From a virus (Duplodnaviria > Caudoviricetes), in the IMG/VR virus record IMGVR_UViG_3300010352_002815, positions 33,516-97,515 of that record: DNA of 64,000 bases; one strand, given 5' to 3'. The notes below the pieces were generated by a model. The model was given only the letters and a program-made list of their open reading frames with translations, was not told where the DNA came from and searched no databases. Both the position numbers and the translations under genes were made by a program. Each line of letters starts with the position of its first letter. Position 1 is the first letter of the stretch. Shown one piece after another: positions 48,706 to 60,000 of the stretch.

Positions 48706-50532
48706 ATGACGAACATAGATCAATACAATCCGTATCCAAGCTTCCAACCAGGACAAGCCGAAGCCATTCACCAAATATTGGAAGCTTTTGAGAACGGCGA
48801 AAAAGTAGTCGAGCTTAATGCCCCAACTGCTGCTGGCAAGAGCTTAGACTTATATGTGGTAGGTCGAATACTTTCTGAGATGGTTCAAGGCCGTGTAATC
48901 TATACTACACCCTTAGTAGCCCTTGTTAACCAACTTGAGGACACCAAAGCCTTCAGTGCAATGCCAGTCCTTAAGGGCAAAGCTAACTACAAGTGTCCAG
49001 TACTCCAAGAAGCATTAGGTGACTCCAAAGCTTGTGCCGATGATTGCCCATACGACACTTGGGACGATGCACGAGAAGCCAACCAAGTTTGCGCATCCTG
49101 CCAATATCAGATGGCTCGAACAAAGTTTATGGCATCGAACTTTGGCGCAACTACTTTAGCCCGTTATCAGATGCCTGGACCGATTAGGCAAGAAACCACA
49201 ATACTACTAATCGATGAATCCGCTGGCCTTGAAAAGACCCTAATAGACCGCGCAACTTTGCTCATGCCAGAAGAAGTTGACTTAAGGAACTTGATACCGA
49301 GCTTGACCGCATACTACCATAAGCTTACTAAGATCGTTGATGAGTTGTCCAAACAGATCCAGTTGACCAAGGACCTAAAAACCAAGGTTAAACTCAACCA
49401 GGAACGAAGCAAAGCTGATCGCGAAGCCCATAAATGCACGAAAGTCTTAGCTCATTTAGATGCAGGTCACCCTTATATCATTGATAAGGATCGGAAGTTT
49501 AGATTATTAGACGGCCGGTCCGAATTCGAAGCAATGATTGAAGGCTTAGAATTCGTAGTATTGGCATCAGGCACGCCGACAACTGGCATCCTGACTGATA
49601 AGTACCAAGAAGTTAGAATACAGCACCCAATACCAGTTGAGAACCGCTTGTGCATTTACGAACCAATTGGTTCAATGTCTTATCAGGAACGTAATAAGAC
49701 TGCTCCAAAGATAGCTTCTAGGATCGCAGAACTCCACAATGCCCATCACAAGAAGACAATGGTTCACTGCGGTAGTTATGTTGTAGCTAGCATGATTTAT
49801 GATAGCATGCCTGCTTCCGTAAAGGCCATTACTATCCTTCAGGAACAGAAAGATCGCGAAGGATCCAAAAACAAGTTCCTGAAAGCTTCAGAAGCAATAT
49901 TCCTGTCAGTAAATTTCGAAGAGGGCTTAGACCTTAAAGGACCGGACTACCCAACTAACGTTATAGCAAAGATGACATTCGAAAACATTAAAGATGAGTT
50001 CGTAATGGCTAGAAACGAACGAGACCGCTACAAACGCTATAACATGAATACTGCAGTCTCAGTAATGCAAGCCGCTGGCAGGTGTACGAGAACCGTAACC
50101 GACTACTCCAGGACCTATATACTTGACAGCAGCTGGCAAGGGTTCTACGCCCGGTGCAATAAGTTATTCCAACCTTGGTTTAAGGCTGCCTTAAGAAATG
50201 GCAACGAACCAGAAATCCATCAAGCAGAATACGTCCAAGTAAATTCTCAGCCAGAACAAAAACCAGCCAATACATATAAGAATACTTCCAAACCCGTTGG
50301 AACTCCAATAAGGACTCCAGTAGAGCAAGCCATACTATACTTGGCAGGACAATGTGACGGAGCTGTAACCAAAGACGGAGTTGGCTTTAACGGCAGAGAC
50401 ACAGATTTCGGACATTCCTTGGCAGATTGGCTGACTTCCGGTAAGTACTGGAGTGCAAAACAAGCCGCAGCCGCAACTAAAATTGCTAAGACCTATACTA
50501 AGCAACTTGCTAAGGCAGGAATAAACATTTAA
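48706..50532 (+). CDS. DinG/XPD-family SF2 helicase
   Basis: Q motif FQPGQ, APTAAGKS, LKGKANYKC with Cys cluster, IDES, ASGT, EGLDL, QAAGRCTR motifs. Confidence 0.9.
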   Translation: MTNIDQYNPYPSFQPGQAEAIHQILEAFENGEKVVELNAPTAAGKSLDLYVVGRILSEMVQGRVIYTTPLVALVNQLEDTKAFSAMPVLKGKANYKCPVLQEALGDSKACADDCPYDTWDDAREANQVCASCQYQMARTKFMASNFGATTLARYQMPGPIRQETTILLIDESAGLEKTLIDRATLLMPEEVDLRNLIPSLTAYYHKLTKIVDELSKQIQLTKDLKTKVKLNQERSKADREAHKCTKVLAHLDAGHPYIIDKDRKFRLLDGRSEFEAMIEGLEFVVLASGTPTTGILTDKYQEVRIQHPIPVENRLCIYEPIGSMSYQERNKTAPKIASRIAELHNAHHKKTMVHCGSYVVASMIYDSMPASVKAITILQEQKDREGSKNKFLKASEAIFLSVNFEEGLDLKGPDYPTNVIAKMTFENIKDEFVMARNERDRYKRYNMNTAVSVMQAAGRCTRTVTDYSRTYILDSSWQGFYARCNKLFQPWFKAALRNGNEPEIHQAEYVQVNSQPEQKPANTYKNTSKPVGTPIRTPVEQAILYLAGQCDGAVTKDGVGFNGRDTDFGHSLADWLTSGKYWSAKQAAAATKIAKTYTKQLAKAGINI

Positions 50533-50551
50533 ATTTTTAGAAGGTGAAATA

Positions 50552-50944
50552 ATGAACGATCCAGTTAGGAATATGCAATTCGGATACGAATATGGATCCA
50601 GATTAAAGACTGCCCAAAAGGCACTATTAGCGGCACACGATACATTTAACGATTCATTAATGCACCAAGCCAAAGCCAGGATGGGCAAAAAACTAACAGA
50701 CTTGAAAGACGGTAGAGTTTCTTATTTAATGGCAGAAAAGTATGGACTATCTAGGCAGACAGTACAATTTGGTCGAACAGTTCTAAAATATGGATGCCCA
50801 GAATTAATTAATAGAGTTCGAGAAGGCCACTTAGCAATATCAGTTGCCGCTAAAATTGCTAAGATGCCAACTGAACTACAAATTGAAGTACTTAAAGGAT
50901 CCAAAAGAGAAATAACTCAACGCCTTAATATTGGTTTACCATAA
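50552..50944 (+). CDS. HTH DNA-binding protein (ParB C-terminal-like)
   Basis: MAEKYGLSRQTV...PELINRVREGHLAISVAAKIA. Confidence 0.65.
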   Translation: MNDPVRNMQFGYEYGSRLKTAQKALLAAHDTFNDSLMHQAKARMGKKLTDLKDGRVSYLMAEKYGLSRQTVQFGRTVLKYGCPELINRVREGHLAISVAAKIAKMPTELQIEVLKGSKREITQRLNIGLP

Positions 50945-51309
50945 TGAAAAACATCATTTATGTTAAATCTAAAATCCAAAATAAGCCGCCACGCTTAGGC
51001 CAAGACATCAAAACCTATCATAGAAATGTTTCTGACTTAGCCAGGGCCAGTTACAAATACAATTCTTGGCAACATCCTGTAAAATCTGCTTACCAATTAG
51101 TTTGTTATTCCTATCAAGAAGATTCCTATAAGGATATTCATAATAAGATTCACTATGAACTATCTAAATTACCGAAATACCAATTGTATCCAGAAGATAA
51201 CTATGTAATTGTAATATATTGTAATGGCGAAATAAGAAATTATTATTACTATGATGATTATAAATTCTTGGAATCGTTTGATCCCGGAATAAGACTGCAT
51301 AAATGGTAA
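50944..51309 (+). CDS. Hypothetical protein
   Basis: 121 aa; TAATG coupling. Confidence 0.5.
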   Translation: MKNIIYVKSKIQNKPPRLGQDIKTYHRNVSDLARASYKYNSWQHPVKSAYQLVCYSYQEDSYKDIHNKIHYELSKLPKYQLYPEDNYVIVIYCNGEIRNYYYYDDYKFLESFDPGIRLHKW

Positions 51310-51357
51310 CCTGATATTAAGCAATACCTTTAAATACTATCAAATTAATCAGTAATT

Positions 51358-51408
51358 GGCTAAAGGCAAAGAACAGTTAGTTGCCTCCTTTCCGATCTGC
51401 CTTTAGCC
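51358..51408 (+). ncRNA. Candidate hairpin small RNA
   Basis: Perfect 11-bp stem GGCTAAAGGCA/TGCCTTTAGCC starting about 21 nt after TTTAAATA. Confidence 0.35.
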
Positions 51409-51471
51409 TACTCACCCCATAAACGTTTTAAAAGAAGGATGGTCAATAGAAACCATACGACCTGAATAATT

Positions 51472-51711
51472 ATGAATAAAATTCTAAAAGCATTATTATA
51501 TATAATATTATTACCAATACATATGTTTGGTAGTCTACTATTCACATTAAGCGGATTAGCATGCATTGCAGCAGGAATTGTATATGCATCTAATTCTGAA
51601 TTCGTATATGCATTTATTGCTATAATAGGGTCGTTAATATGTCTTGGTCTTCAAAAAATTTGCATAATGTTGGATCCATCTTGGTTATATTATAAATATG
51701 ACGAATGGTAA
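51472..51711 (+). CDS. Small membrane protein
   Basis: Two to three TM segments. Confidence 0.5.
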   Translation: MNKILKALLYIILLPIHMFGSLLFTLSGLACIAAGIVYASNSEFVYAFIAIIGSLICLGLQKICIMLDPSWLYYKYDEW

Positions 51712-51769
51712 CTTCTAACCAAAAACTACTTATATTCATAAGTAATAAGTAGTTTTAAGGTGAATAGAT

Positions 51770-52042
51770 TTGAAACCAGAAGCAACAGACATTGGAATGT
51801 ACGATGGTCATCACGTAATGGCAGTCACAGATTCGATGGGTGCGCAAGTCATACTAAAGTCTCCAGAAGGTAATAAACTTAGCCAAGACTTTATAACGCA
51901 CGGAGAAGCTATTAGGCAAGCCAAATTACTCGTGGATGGATTACCAAATTCTATAAAGTGGCATGAAACACCAAAAACTATCTCAGAATTCTTCATGGCA
52001 TTAGCAGTACGACCAAGAATATTTAACCAACCACTAGATTGA
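51770..52042 (+). CDS. Hypothetical early protein
   Basis: TTG start, GGTGA RBS, promoter ACCAAAAACTACTTATA at 51718. Confidence 0.6.
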   Translation: MKPEATDIGMYDGHHVMAVTDSMGAQVILKSPEGNKLSQDFITHGEAIRQAKLLVDGLPNSIKWHETPKTISEFFMALAVRPRIFNQPLD

Positions 52043-52084
52043 ATATGACCAAAAGCTTTATATACTAGAACAACGTTTAGTAAA

Positions 52085-52165
52085 GTGCACCACAACCCTC
52101 AAAGGAGAAGGAAAGGAACTTAAAACCTGGTTTCTTTCTTTTTCAATGAGTAAAGCCGGCAAATT
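52085..52165 (+). ncRNA. Candidate small RNA
   Basis: ACCAAAAGCTTTATATA promoter at 52048 with no ORF downstream; 15-bp G-U-containing stem 52105-52144. Confidence 0.3.
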
Positions 52166-52166
52166 A

Positions 52167-54014
52167 CTATTTTATAGGAATCCACTTACCATTTTTCCAC
52201 ATTTCTAACGACTTACTAGATACGTTAGACTTAGTCCTGAATTCGTACCCAACTCCTACTTCTTTCACGTTTGATACTTTTTCTCTTTTTACTCTTAATA
52301 TAATTGGAATCCTAGCAAATTTGCCGTCCGTATATGAGTAGTCATCTGTAAAGATACGTTTACTCCAATATTCCATGCGGCTTATGTCACCGGAAAAGAA
52401 GTTAAGATCTGTATTAGGGTTAATTTCTTGGCTAAAGTTTGGATCTGACTTTTTTGGTACTAAACCATGTTCAGCAATTGATCCCATTTTATCAATAGTA
52501 GTAGAATGATAATAGTATGATGGATCGTTTTCTGGTAATTTTCCGCCGATAGCTTTTAACCAGATGTTGTTTATCGGTTCATTTTTGCTATCTACACTAG
52601 AGACATCAATAATATCTAGAGAATCCTTTAATCTATTAAAATACTTTTCCTTATTTTCAGATGCTTGCTTCTTTGTTTTTAATTCTTCTTCTCTACCAAT
52701 ATAATAATCTAAGACTTTTTTAGCTTCTGAAACCGAATTATTTTCTATTAAAAATGAATATTCTGCTTCTGATATACCAGGATAGTTAGTTGTTATGAAA
52801 GTTATTAAGTCTTTCTTATTTTTAATTCGGATAAATTCTTGCTTTAAGTCGTTGGATTGTCCATTACTGCACGGATGTTCGCCGCCTACCTTCTCGGATT
52901 CCTTGCAGTTGGCGTTGGACTTTATAAAATTAGTAACATCTTCTAAATACTGTTTTACAGGAGTTTCTGATGGATCGATACTTGACCTATTAACTTTCAT
53001 GTCGCTTTCTGGTATAACTTCGACTATGGCTCTTCGTTCTTGCTCATTTGAACCTTTACGATTAATAACTTTATAACTGATCAATTTGACATTAATATTT
53101 TTATCAAGTAATACTTCATGTTCTGATTTAAATTTAGATACAGATTCTAATGACATAGCGCTAGCGTACTTAGGAATTCTATATTCTATTATTTCGCTAT
53201 CAGAAAATTTTCTAGCACCCCGTTCCTCAACGGAAGTGGATGTAAATGTTTGTATTGGTATAATATCTCCAGGTTCTGCCCGTTCTAGTATGTCAATTAA
53301 ATACGTATCTCCTCCTCGGTAAGTTGTTATGTCTTCATTAATCGAATATTTTTTTATGATATCACTTATATCATCTGATTGTTTGCTCAATAAAGATTCG
53401 TATGATTCTCCTTCAGGTAACTTCACTCCAACCTTTTTCGAAACTTCTGCTATATCTGTTTCGCCTCTGAGCATTCGCTGGATCATATATATATTTTCTT
53501 TTTGAGTATAATTGCGAAGAATTTTTTTATCATCTACTGAAATATTCTTTCCACTATTTACAATATATTTCTTTTTATCAGATGACATAACAAATTTTTT
53601 TCCTTCAATATCTATGTTATCAGATCTTCCCGTGAATGATCTTAAATTAGATATCGCAGTTTTTAAGTTATCATATAATTTTATTAAATCTCTTTTTTTA
53701 GACTCTTGGGCATCTTCTATACCGTGAGGTATATGAGCTATATTAGCTCTTCGTATATCTTCTATTCCTTTGAGTTTTCGATTTTCTATAGCCAATTGAG
53801 CCGATCTAAGTTCAGATACTGCGGTTGCATATTTATCTAACATATTGCTAGATCTGTCATCATTACTACACGATCCAGGACCACTACCAGTCTTTTCATC
53901 GTCTGGGCAGTTATAATTTAGTTTGATAAAATCATTTGCATCAGCTAAATATTGTTTTTTAGATAATTTAGGCACAATAACAATATTATCAAGAAAGAAA
54001 CGATCTTCAGACAT
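52167..54014 (-). CDS. Two-cassette ADP-ribosyltransferase protein (VIP2-like plus His-type/Tpt1-like)
   Basis: YRGG / FTSTS / EHE triad; second domain YYHSTT...IAEHGLVP...YEF; two tag copies; likely start MSEDRFF 1 nt after the MuF stop. Confidence 0.85.
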   Translation of the reverse strand: MSEDRFFLDNIVIVPKLSKKQYLADANDFIKLNYNCPDDEKTGSGPGSCSNDDRSSNMLDKYATAVSELRSAQLAIENRKLKGIEDIRRANIAHIPHGIEDAQESKKRDLIKLYDNLKTAISNLRSFTGRSDNIDIEGKKFVMSSDKKKYIVNSGKNISVDDKKILRNYTQKENIYMIQRMLRGETDIAEVSKKVGVKLPEGESYESLLSKQSDDISDIIKKYSINEDITTYRGGDTYLIDILERAEPGDIIPIQTFTSTSVEERGARKFSDSEIIEYRIPKYASAMSLESVSKFKSEHEVLLDKNINVKLISYKVINRKGSNEQERRAIVEVIPESDMKVNRSSIDPSETPVKQYLEDVTNFIKSNANCKESEKVGGEHPCSNGQSNDLKQEFIRIKNKKDLITFITTNYPGISEAEYSFLIENNSVSEAKKVLDYYIGREEELKTKKQASENKEKYFNRLKDSLDIIDVSSVDSKNEPINNIWLKAIGGKLPENDPSYYYHSTTIDKMGSIAEHGLVPKKSDPNFSQEINPNTDLNFFSGDISRMEYWSKRIFTDDYSYTDGKFARIPIILRVKREKVSNVKEVGVGYEFRTKSNVSSKSLEMWKNGKWIPIK

Positions 54015-54015
54015 T

Positions 54016-57000
54016 TTATACTGTCTCCACGATGAGTTTTTTGAAGTTGCCATCTTGTTCTATACCAACGACCTTATAAGACTGACCTCTATTCATTATG
54101 AGTTCTTGCTGCGAGCCTTTTCCGCCAGGCACGCCACCTTCGCCTATTGTCCAACTTCCGCCCAAGTGTTGACGGATAGCAACTTGTTCTGTTGCAATAA
54201 CGTGCGTCCCAGGCTTTGACCTAATTTCCAAGAAATATAGTTCATCCTTGTTAGGGTTTCGAAACGATGCAAAACCTTTTGCGACGTCTTTGTCTGCACT
54301 AGAACTGATGAAAGTTGGTACCGAAAATTCAGAATTTGCATCTTTAGGCAGTTTATCCCAGAGATCTTTGCTTAAGCCAGAATACGTTATAATTTTGTCA
54401 GACAATACGCTACTTTTCATAATTTTGTCCATGTTTGCTATGACGTTATTATACGTTAAACTAAAATTATCGTCTAATTTATGTTTAGTGATATATGAAG
54501 ACTTTTCAGATGGCGATACAACCTCTCTAACCATATCAGGATCTCTAAGAAGTTCTCTTGTAATATAATGACTATCTTCTACATATGTTATCATTGATTT
54601 CTCATACTCTTTATTAGATGATAGTATTTTTTCGGTGGTTTTGACAACATTTTCGTAGGGGTTTCTATATGGGCCAGACGGTGGTTTAAACTCTAATTGA
54701 GCTTTTCTTATAAAGAGTGGATATTCATAATTGTCGTACAATGAAGATATTGAATTGTTTATATCAGTAATTTTTTTTGGGTCTTTGTTAATAGCTTTTC
54801 GTGCAAATAATTTCTGACGATAATTATCAATATTATTTAGTATTTTGTTAACTTTATTTATGTCATTTATTGATTGTATTTTGCGTTGTATACGATCTGA
54901 TTTTGAACCGCCGCAACTTCCAGGACCGGTTCCTACTTTTTCGTTTTCCGGGCAGTTATAATTCAGTTTAATGAAATTGGTTACTTCATCTAAGTAGGCT
55001 TCATTATGCTTAGTATGTCTCACTTTCGCTAGTTTAGATTTTTTATACGAATCTGATTTTTGCTCTTGATCAGATATTATTAACTTTCCTCTATTTAGTA
55101 CGATTGTATTTCCATTAGAAAGTGTAATAGCATCATATCCTTTTAAGGTGGCAAATCTTCCGTTGTCTGTTGCTAAATGAATTAATAGGCTTATTTTTTC
55201 GTCTGCGTCTGCATATTCTGGCGTATATCGTTTTTGACTATCCAACGAATCCACGAAACTTTGTTGTTCTTGGATCAATTTTTCTTCTGATATTACTTTG
55301 GCAGATTTATCAAGTGCCATATGGGATATGTTTGCTCCATATAGTTTGGCAGTATCAGAATTATTTGTTGCATATGTACCATTTCCGTATAAACCTTTTC
55401 CAATATAATATTCTCCGTTTTTAAATTGTTCTATTGTTTGTTCATTTGAAAATCCTCGGTATAACTCAGTGTTACCGGATGATATAATTTGATTTAATTC
55501 GTTTTCTGATACTACTTTAGGCTTTTTATCAAATGCTTGTTCTTTTATTAATTCTTTTAATTCTAGATCTTCGTCTGTTGAAATGAAAGTACCGGTTTTC
55601 CAATCTGATAATAATTTAGAAAATGACTTAGTTTCCATCCAATTAATTGCTTGGTTGTTATTATTTAGTATGTTGCGGTTTGGATTAGTAACCACTTCTG
55701 CGTCTACGGTCCAGTATTTTTTGTCCTTTTGAATACTAGTTATCTTGAATTGGGTACCGTGCTGGACAAGAATTTCCTGTTCGCTTGTTGGGATTATAAC
55801 GGCTTCAGTGCCTTCTGGCAACGTATAACGCATTATAATGCCTTTGGAGGGGCCGCCTTTTATTAATGCTCCAGCATTGCCTGAATTAGCATGTTGGGTA
55901 GCTATCTTGAGGTCAGTTGATGTCGAACAAAATCCGTTATCAGTGAATACTTTGCCGACTTCGGGCATGCCATATTCTTTAAAGGTTACTCTTGAAACGC
56001 CTTTAAAGACTGTAAGTGGTTTTGATAATTTGTTTTTGGCTATAATGGTTTCAAGTTTGGATACAGCTTGTTTAGTGGTTTCGAGTTCTTGCGGGGTGTT
56101 ATTACCTTTGTGGTTTGTTTTGTCGCGAAGGTAGGAATTTATTTTGCCGTAGCCGTATGATGTATAATAGTTCAGGACGGACTTGTCGTCAGTACTTAGA
56201 TTTTTGGAATCGTTATTTGTTGGTTCTGGTAGGTCGCACTTAAAATCTGTGCCATTAAATTCACATTTATAATTTTGTTTTATAAATTCTGAAACATCGT
56301 CTAAATATGCAACATTAGTATTCAGTTTTACAGGAGTCTCTAGTGGAATATCACCATACGAACGAATTTCTTTTAAGCCAAACGGATTATCCAAATCAAA
56401 GTCAGTTAGTAACTGGCCTTGATCCAGATTTTTCTTCGGGATAGTTACAACCTTTATATCGTTCGGATCAATTTTTGCCAATTCTGATGTCTCTGTATAT
56501 ATACGCGGATTTTTGAATTTGGCAGGTGTTTCTTTACCTTGTTCGCGATTACTTGATTCCCGAGAATGGAAATAACTACGGAGATGATCATCCGGTCCAT
56601 AACTTTCTGGTACCATTAATGCGTCATTGTGCGGATCAAACTTACTAAATCCATCTTCTGTTGCTTTTTGTATTAACAAAGGAGCAACCACTGTATTAAA
56701 CCATTCGGTTCGATCCCCTTCCCATACCTTCTTTTCCGAGTTCCATTCTCGTGGTGGCGGAGGATTTTCGGTAACCGCTTTGCCATATTTAGCAGCAAAT
56801 ATCATGTCGTTTTTGAGAGCATATGCTATCTCAGGATCAGTTGTCATAGATACGATTTGATCTCGTCTGTCGCCACCAAGTCCACCGACTCCACCAGCAA
56901 GAAGTTTACCACTGCGAGCTACTGCGTCGCCGTGCGTTGTAAAGTGATAGAGGGTATTTGGAATTCTTATGTCGTTTGCCGCAATTACAGTTCCACGAAT

Positions 57001-60000
57001 TGGTGCACCATTTGGTTGAGTAAATTTTGTACCAATTTCAGCAGCTGTTGTTCCTGGTGGTACTATTCCTGCTGGTACAGTGACTTTTATATCTAATATT
57101 TTATCACTTTTTGAGGATTTTGCGGTTTCTGGACACTTATTACTACCATCAGGACTGTCTTCTTTTTTGCATTTATAATTTAATTTAATATAAGATGCCA
57201 CGTCATTTAAATATGCTTGGTCTTGATTAGTTGGTGTCCAACGCCAGGTAACAGTAGACTGCTGTTGATATTTATTAAGTTCGTCCCAACTATCAAACAT
57301 TTTATCAGGATGCATCCATTCATAGGTACGGGGCATCCTGCCGTAATAGCTATCAATTGGTTCTCCGTCAACGAATACCCAGGCGTGCCCCGGTGCTGGA
57401 TTAACCTTATATGCGTATTTGACAGTATGTCCGGAATACCAATTACCAAGTATTTTTGTCCCATCTAAACACATACCCATCGCAATTACAGGAAACGTTG
57501 GATCTACAATCGATGATTGGTTGAAGTGCATGGCGACGTCATTTAGGTAGGCGGAATCTTGTTGTATTTCGTTGTTATTAGCTTCTATTACGACATAAGT
57601 ATATCCGTCTTTTTTATATTCGTTTATAAATTTATATGAATTCTTTCTTCCTAATATGACTTCATGTTGACCATCAGGCGGATGAATGTCTTTATACCAA
57701 TCTTCTAGTCTTATAGGATTTTCAGAATAATCTTCATTTATAACATACGTTCTGTTTGGATGTTCTGGATCGGAATATAATGTTTTTTCATTACCATACA
57801 CATTTTTTGTCCAATTTTCTAATGCTATTGCTTGGGTTCCTGGTTTAGTATTTATTTCCAAGACGTATTTATCGTTGGTTGGTTGGTCTAAATTTCTTAA
57901 TGATTGCCGATCTTCGGCTACGTTAGCAAATCGTTGGGATACTTCTTCACTTGGCGTAGATGAAATATAAGTCTTAATATTAAATGACTTATTGTTTTTT
58001 GGGATGAAGTCATATACTTCCTTAGATATACCACTAAATAATGTGATAGGAACTTCTGTTTTGCTTTGTTCAGCTAGTGAATCTAGTATATTTATATATT
58101 TGTTAAAATATTTAGTTTCTTCATTATATAAAGCAATAGATTTTCTATCTTGGTCGTTAGTACTCAATAGTAATCTATTTAAATCTCTACTATTATCAGA
58201 ATAATATAATAACGCATCTTTATATTCGTTTTGTGGTATTCCATGAATTGTTTTTCCAGAAAGTATTAATGCATTGGTTTTTTCTAGTAGTTTATTATAT
58301 TCGGGTATAATATTAAAAATAGTTGGTTTCGTAGGTACCAAACGATTCTTAAGTTTCTGCGCAACATCCTTTTTCATGTTATCTGATATTTCTAATTCTG
58401 CTTGACTACCTTTATATGGAACATCTTGAATGATTGACGCAGCCTTTGACACCTTGCTTATAGGAGTTTCTTGTTTATCTGGGCATGTGAAATTGTCAGA
58501 TCCGGGAGGATTTTCAGGACACTTATAATTTAATTTAATGAAATCAGTAACGTCATTTAGGTAGGCGGAGTCCTGTTTAATATTATTAATAGATTTAAAT
58601 ATATAAGTTTTTGATTTAGAATCTTCTATTATGTCATCGCAAACAAAGTCTAAATTTCTATTGACTAGTAATTCATCTTCGTGTTTATATTTAGAAATAG
58701 TATCAATATATGCAGCTGGAGTACCTTTAGGCAAAATAAATTCAGCTAATATTTTTTTACCATTATTATTATATGTCGCAAATTGATCAGCAACATTCTT
58801 GCTAAATGTAGTACTAATAAATCCAGAATAGTTAAATTCGTTGCCTATTTCAAAAGCTCCTAATGAACTTAGAATATTTTTTGTTTCTTCGTTTAATCCT
58901 TTTAAAACTTTTGTTTGTTCTGGTAATTTAAACTTATTAATAATATTTTCTAGCTCGTTAGATTCTTGTATAAGTTCTTGTTCTTCTTCTTTAGTATATT
59001 TTGTTGGTAAATCAGAAGATAATTGATTATATGCTGTTGCTTTTGAAGATCCTGAATAGCCTGTTAATATTGAAAGTTCGCGTTCAGAAAGATCTATATT
59101 TTTTATACTATTTATTATTTGTTGTTTTGCAGTTGAATCTTTTTTCCTGTGTTGCAATATCTGATCATTCAAATCGCTATTAATATTAGATAACTTCTTA
59201 TGAAGGTTTATAATTTTTTGAGTTTTTGGATTATTCTCTAATTTAGTTATTTCATTGTTTCGGATATTATCAAGAGTGGCTTTAAGTTTATTTAATTCGC
59301 TATATTCATTATGAAGTATTTCTTTATCTTTAACGTAATCTAAGTCTTGCTCATTTGGCAGGAAACCATATTTGTTTATTAAATTATTTTCTAATTGCTT
59401 AATTAATATTTTTTTATCAACAATATTTTTGTTTGATTGCTTGAAAGCGTCTGAACTTTCTATAATACTTTTATATGAGTTTCTTATTTGATTTAATTTA
59501 TTTTTGATGATATTGCGTTTATTTCTATTTTTTTCTTCCAAAAGTGTTAATTTATTATATTCTATATTTTTAGAAGTATTATTATCGTTATTACAAGTAA
59601 AGTTACCAGATCCTGGAGGGTTTTCCGGGCACTTATAATTTAATTTAATAAAATCAGTAACGTCATTTAGGTAATCGGAGTCTTGTTTCAATGATTCGTT
59701 ATCTCCTGGTACCCATACTTCACCTGACCCACTTAGGCTAGGTATTACATCTTGTATAGAAACTTCATACGAATCTATAGAGTGTATGCCCATGCGTTTC
59801 TGGTAACTTTCAGCAGATTCTTTATTAACGAAAAAACTATTTGTAGAATATGGTTTAATAGGTCCTACCCTATAAAGTTTCAACGATTTTGGTAATTCTA
59901 AACCAAACGATTCGTGTAATAAATACGATCGAAGAACTTTATTCTGTTCAACTATCTTAATAGCATCTTCCCGTGCTTCTGTATCAACGTTTCGTAACCA

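Noticed and set aside
51358-52165. tRNA genes in the intergenic hairpins
   Set aside because: No cloverleaf or T-loop GTTCRA signature seen; a tRNAscan run would be needed to exclude tRNAs across the whole window
54014-54053. Track start MATSKNSS for the 628-aa ORF, or a frameshift fusing it to MuF
   Set aside because: An ATG 1 nt after the MuF stop is the simpler start, and no slippery heptamer was seen in the overlap
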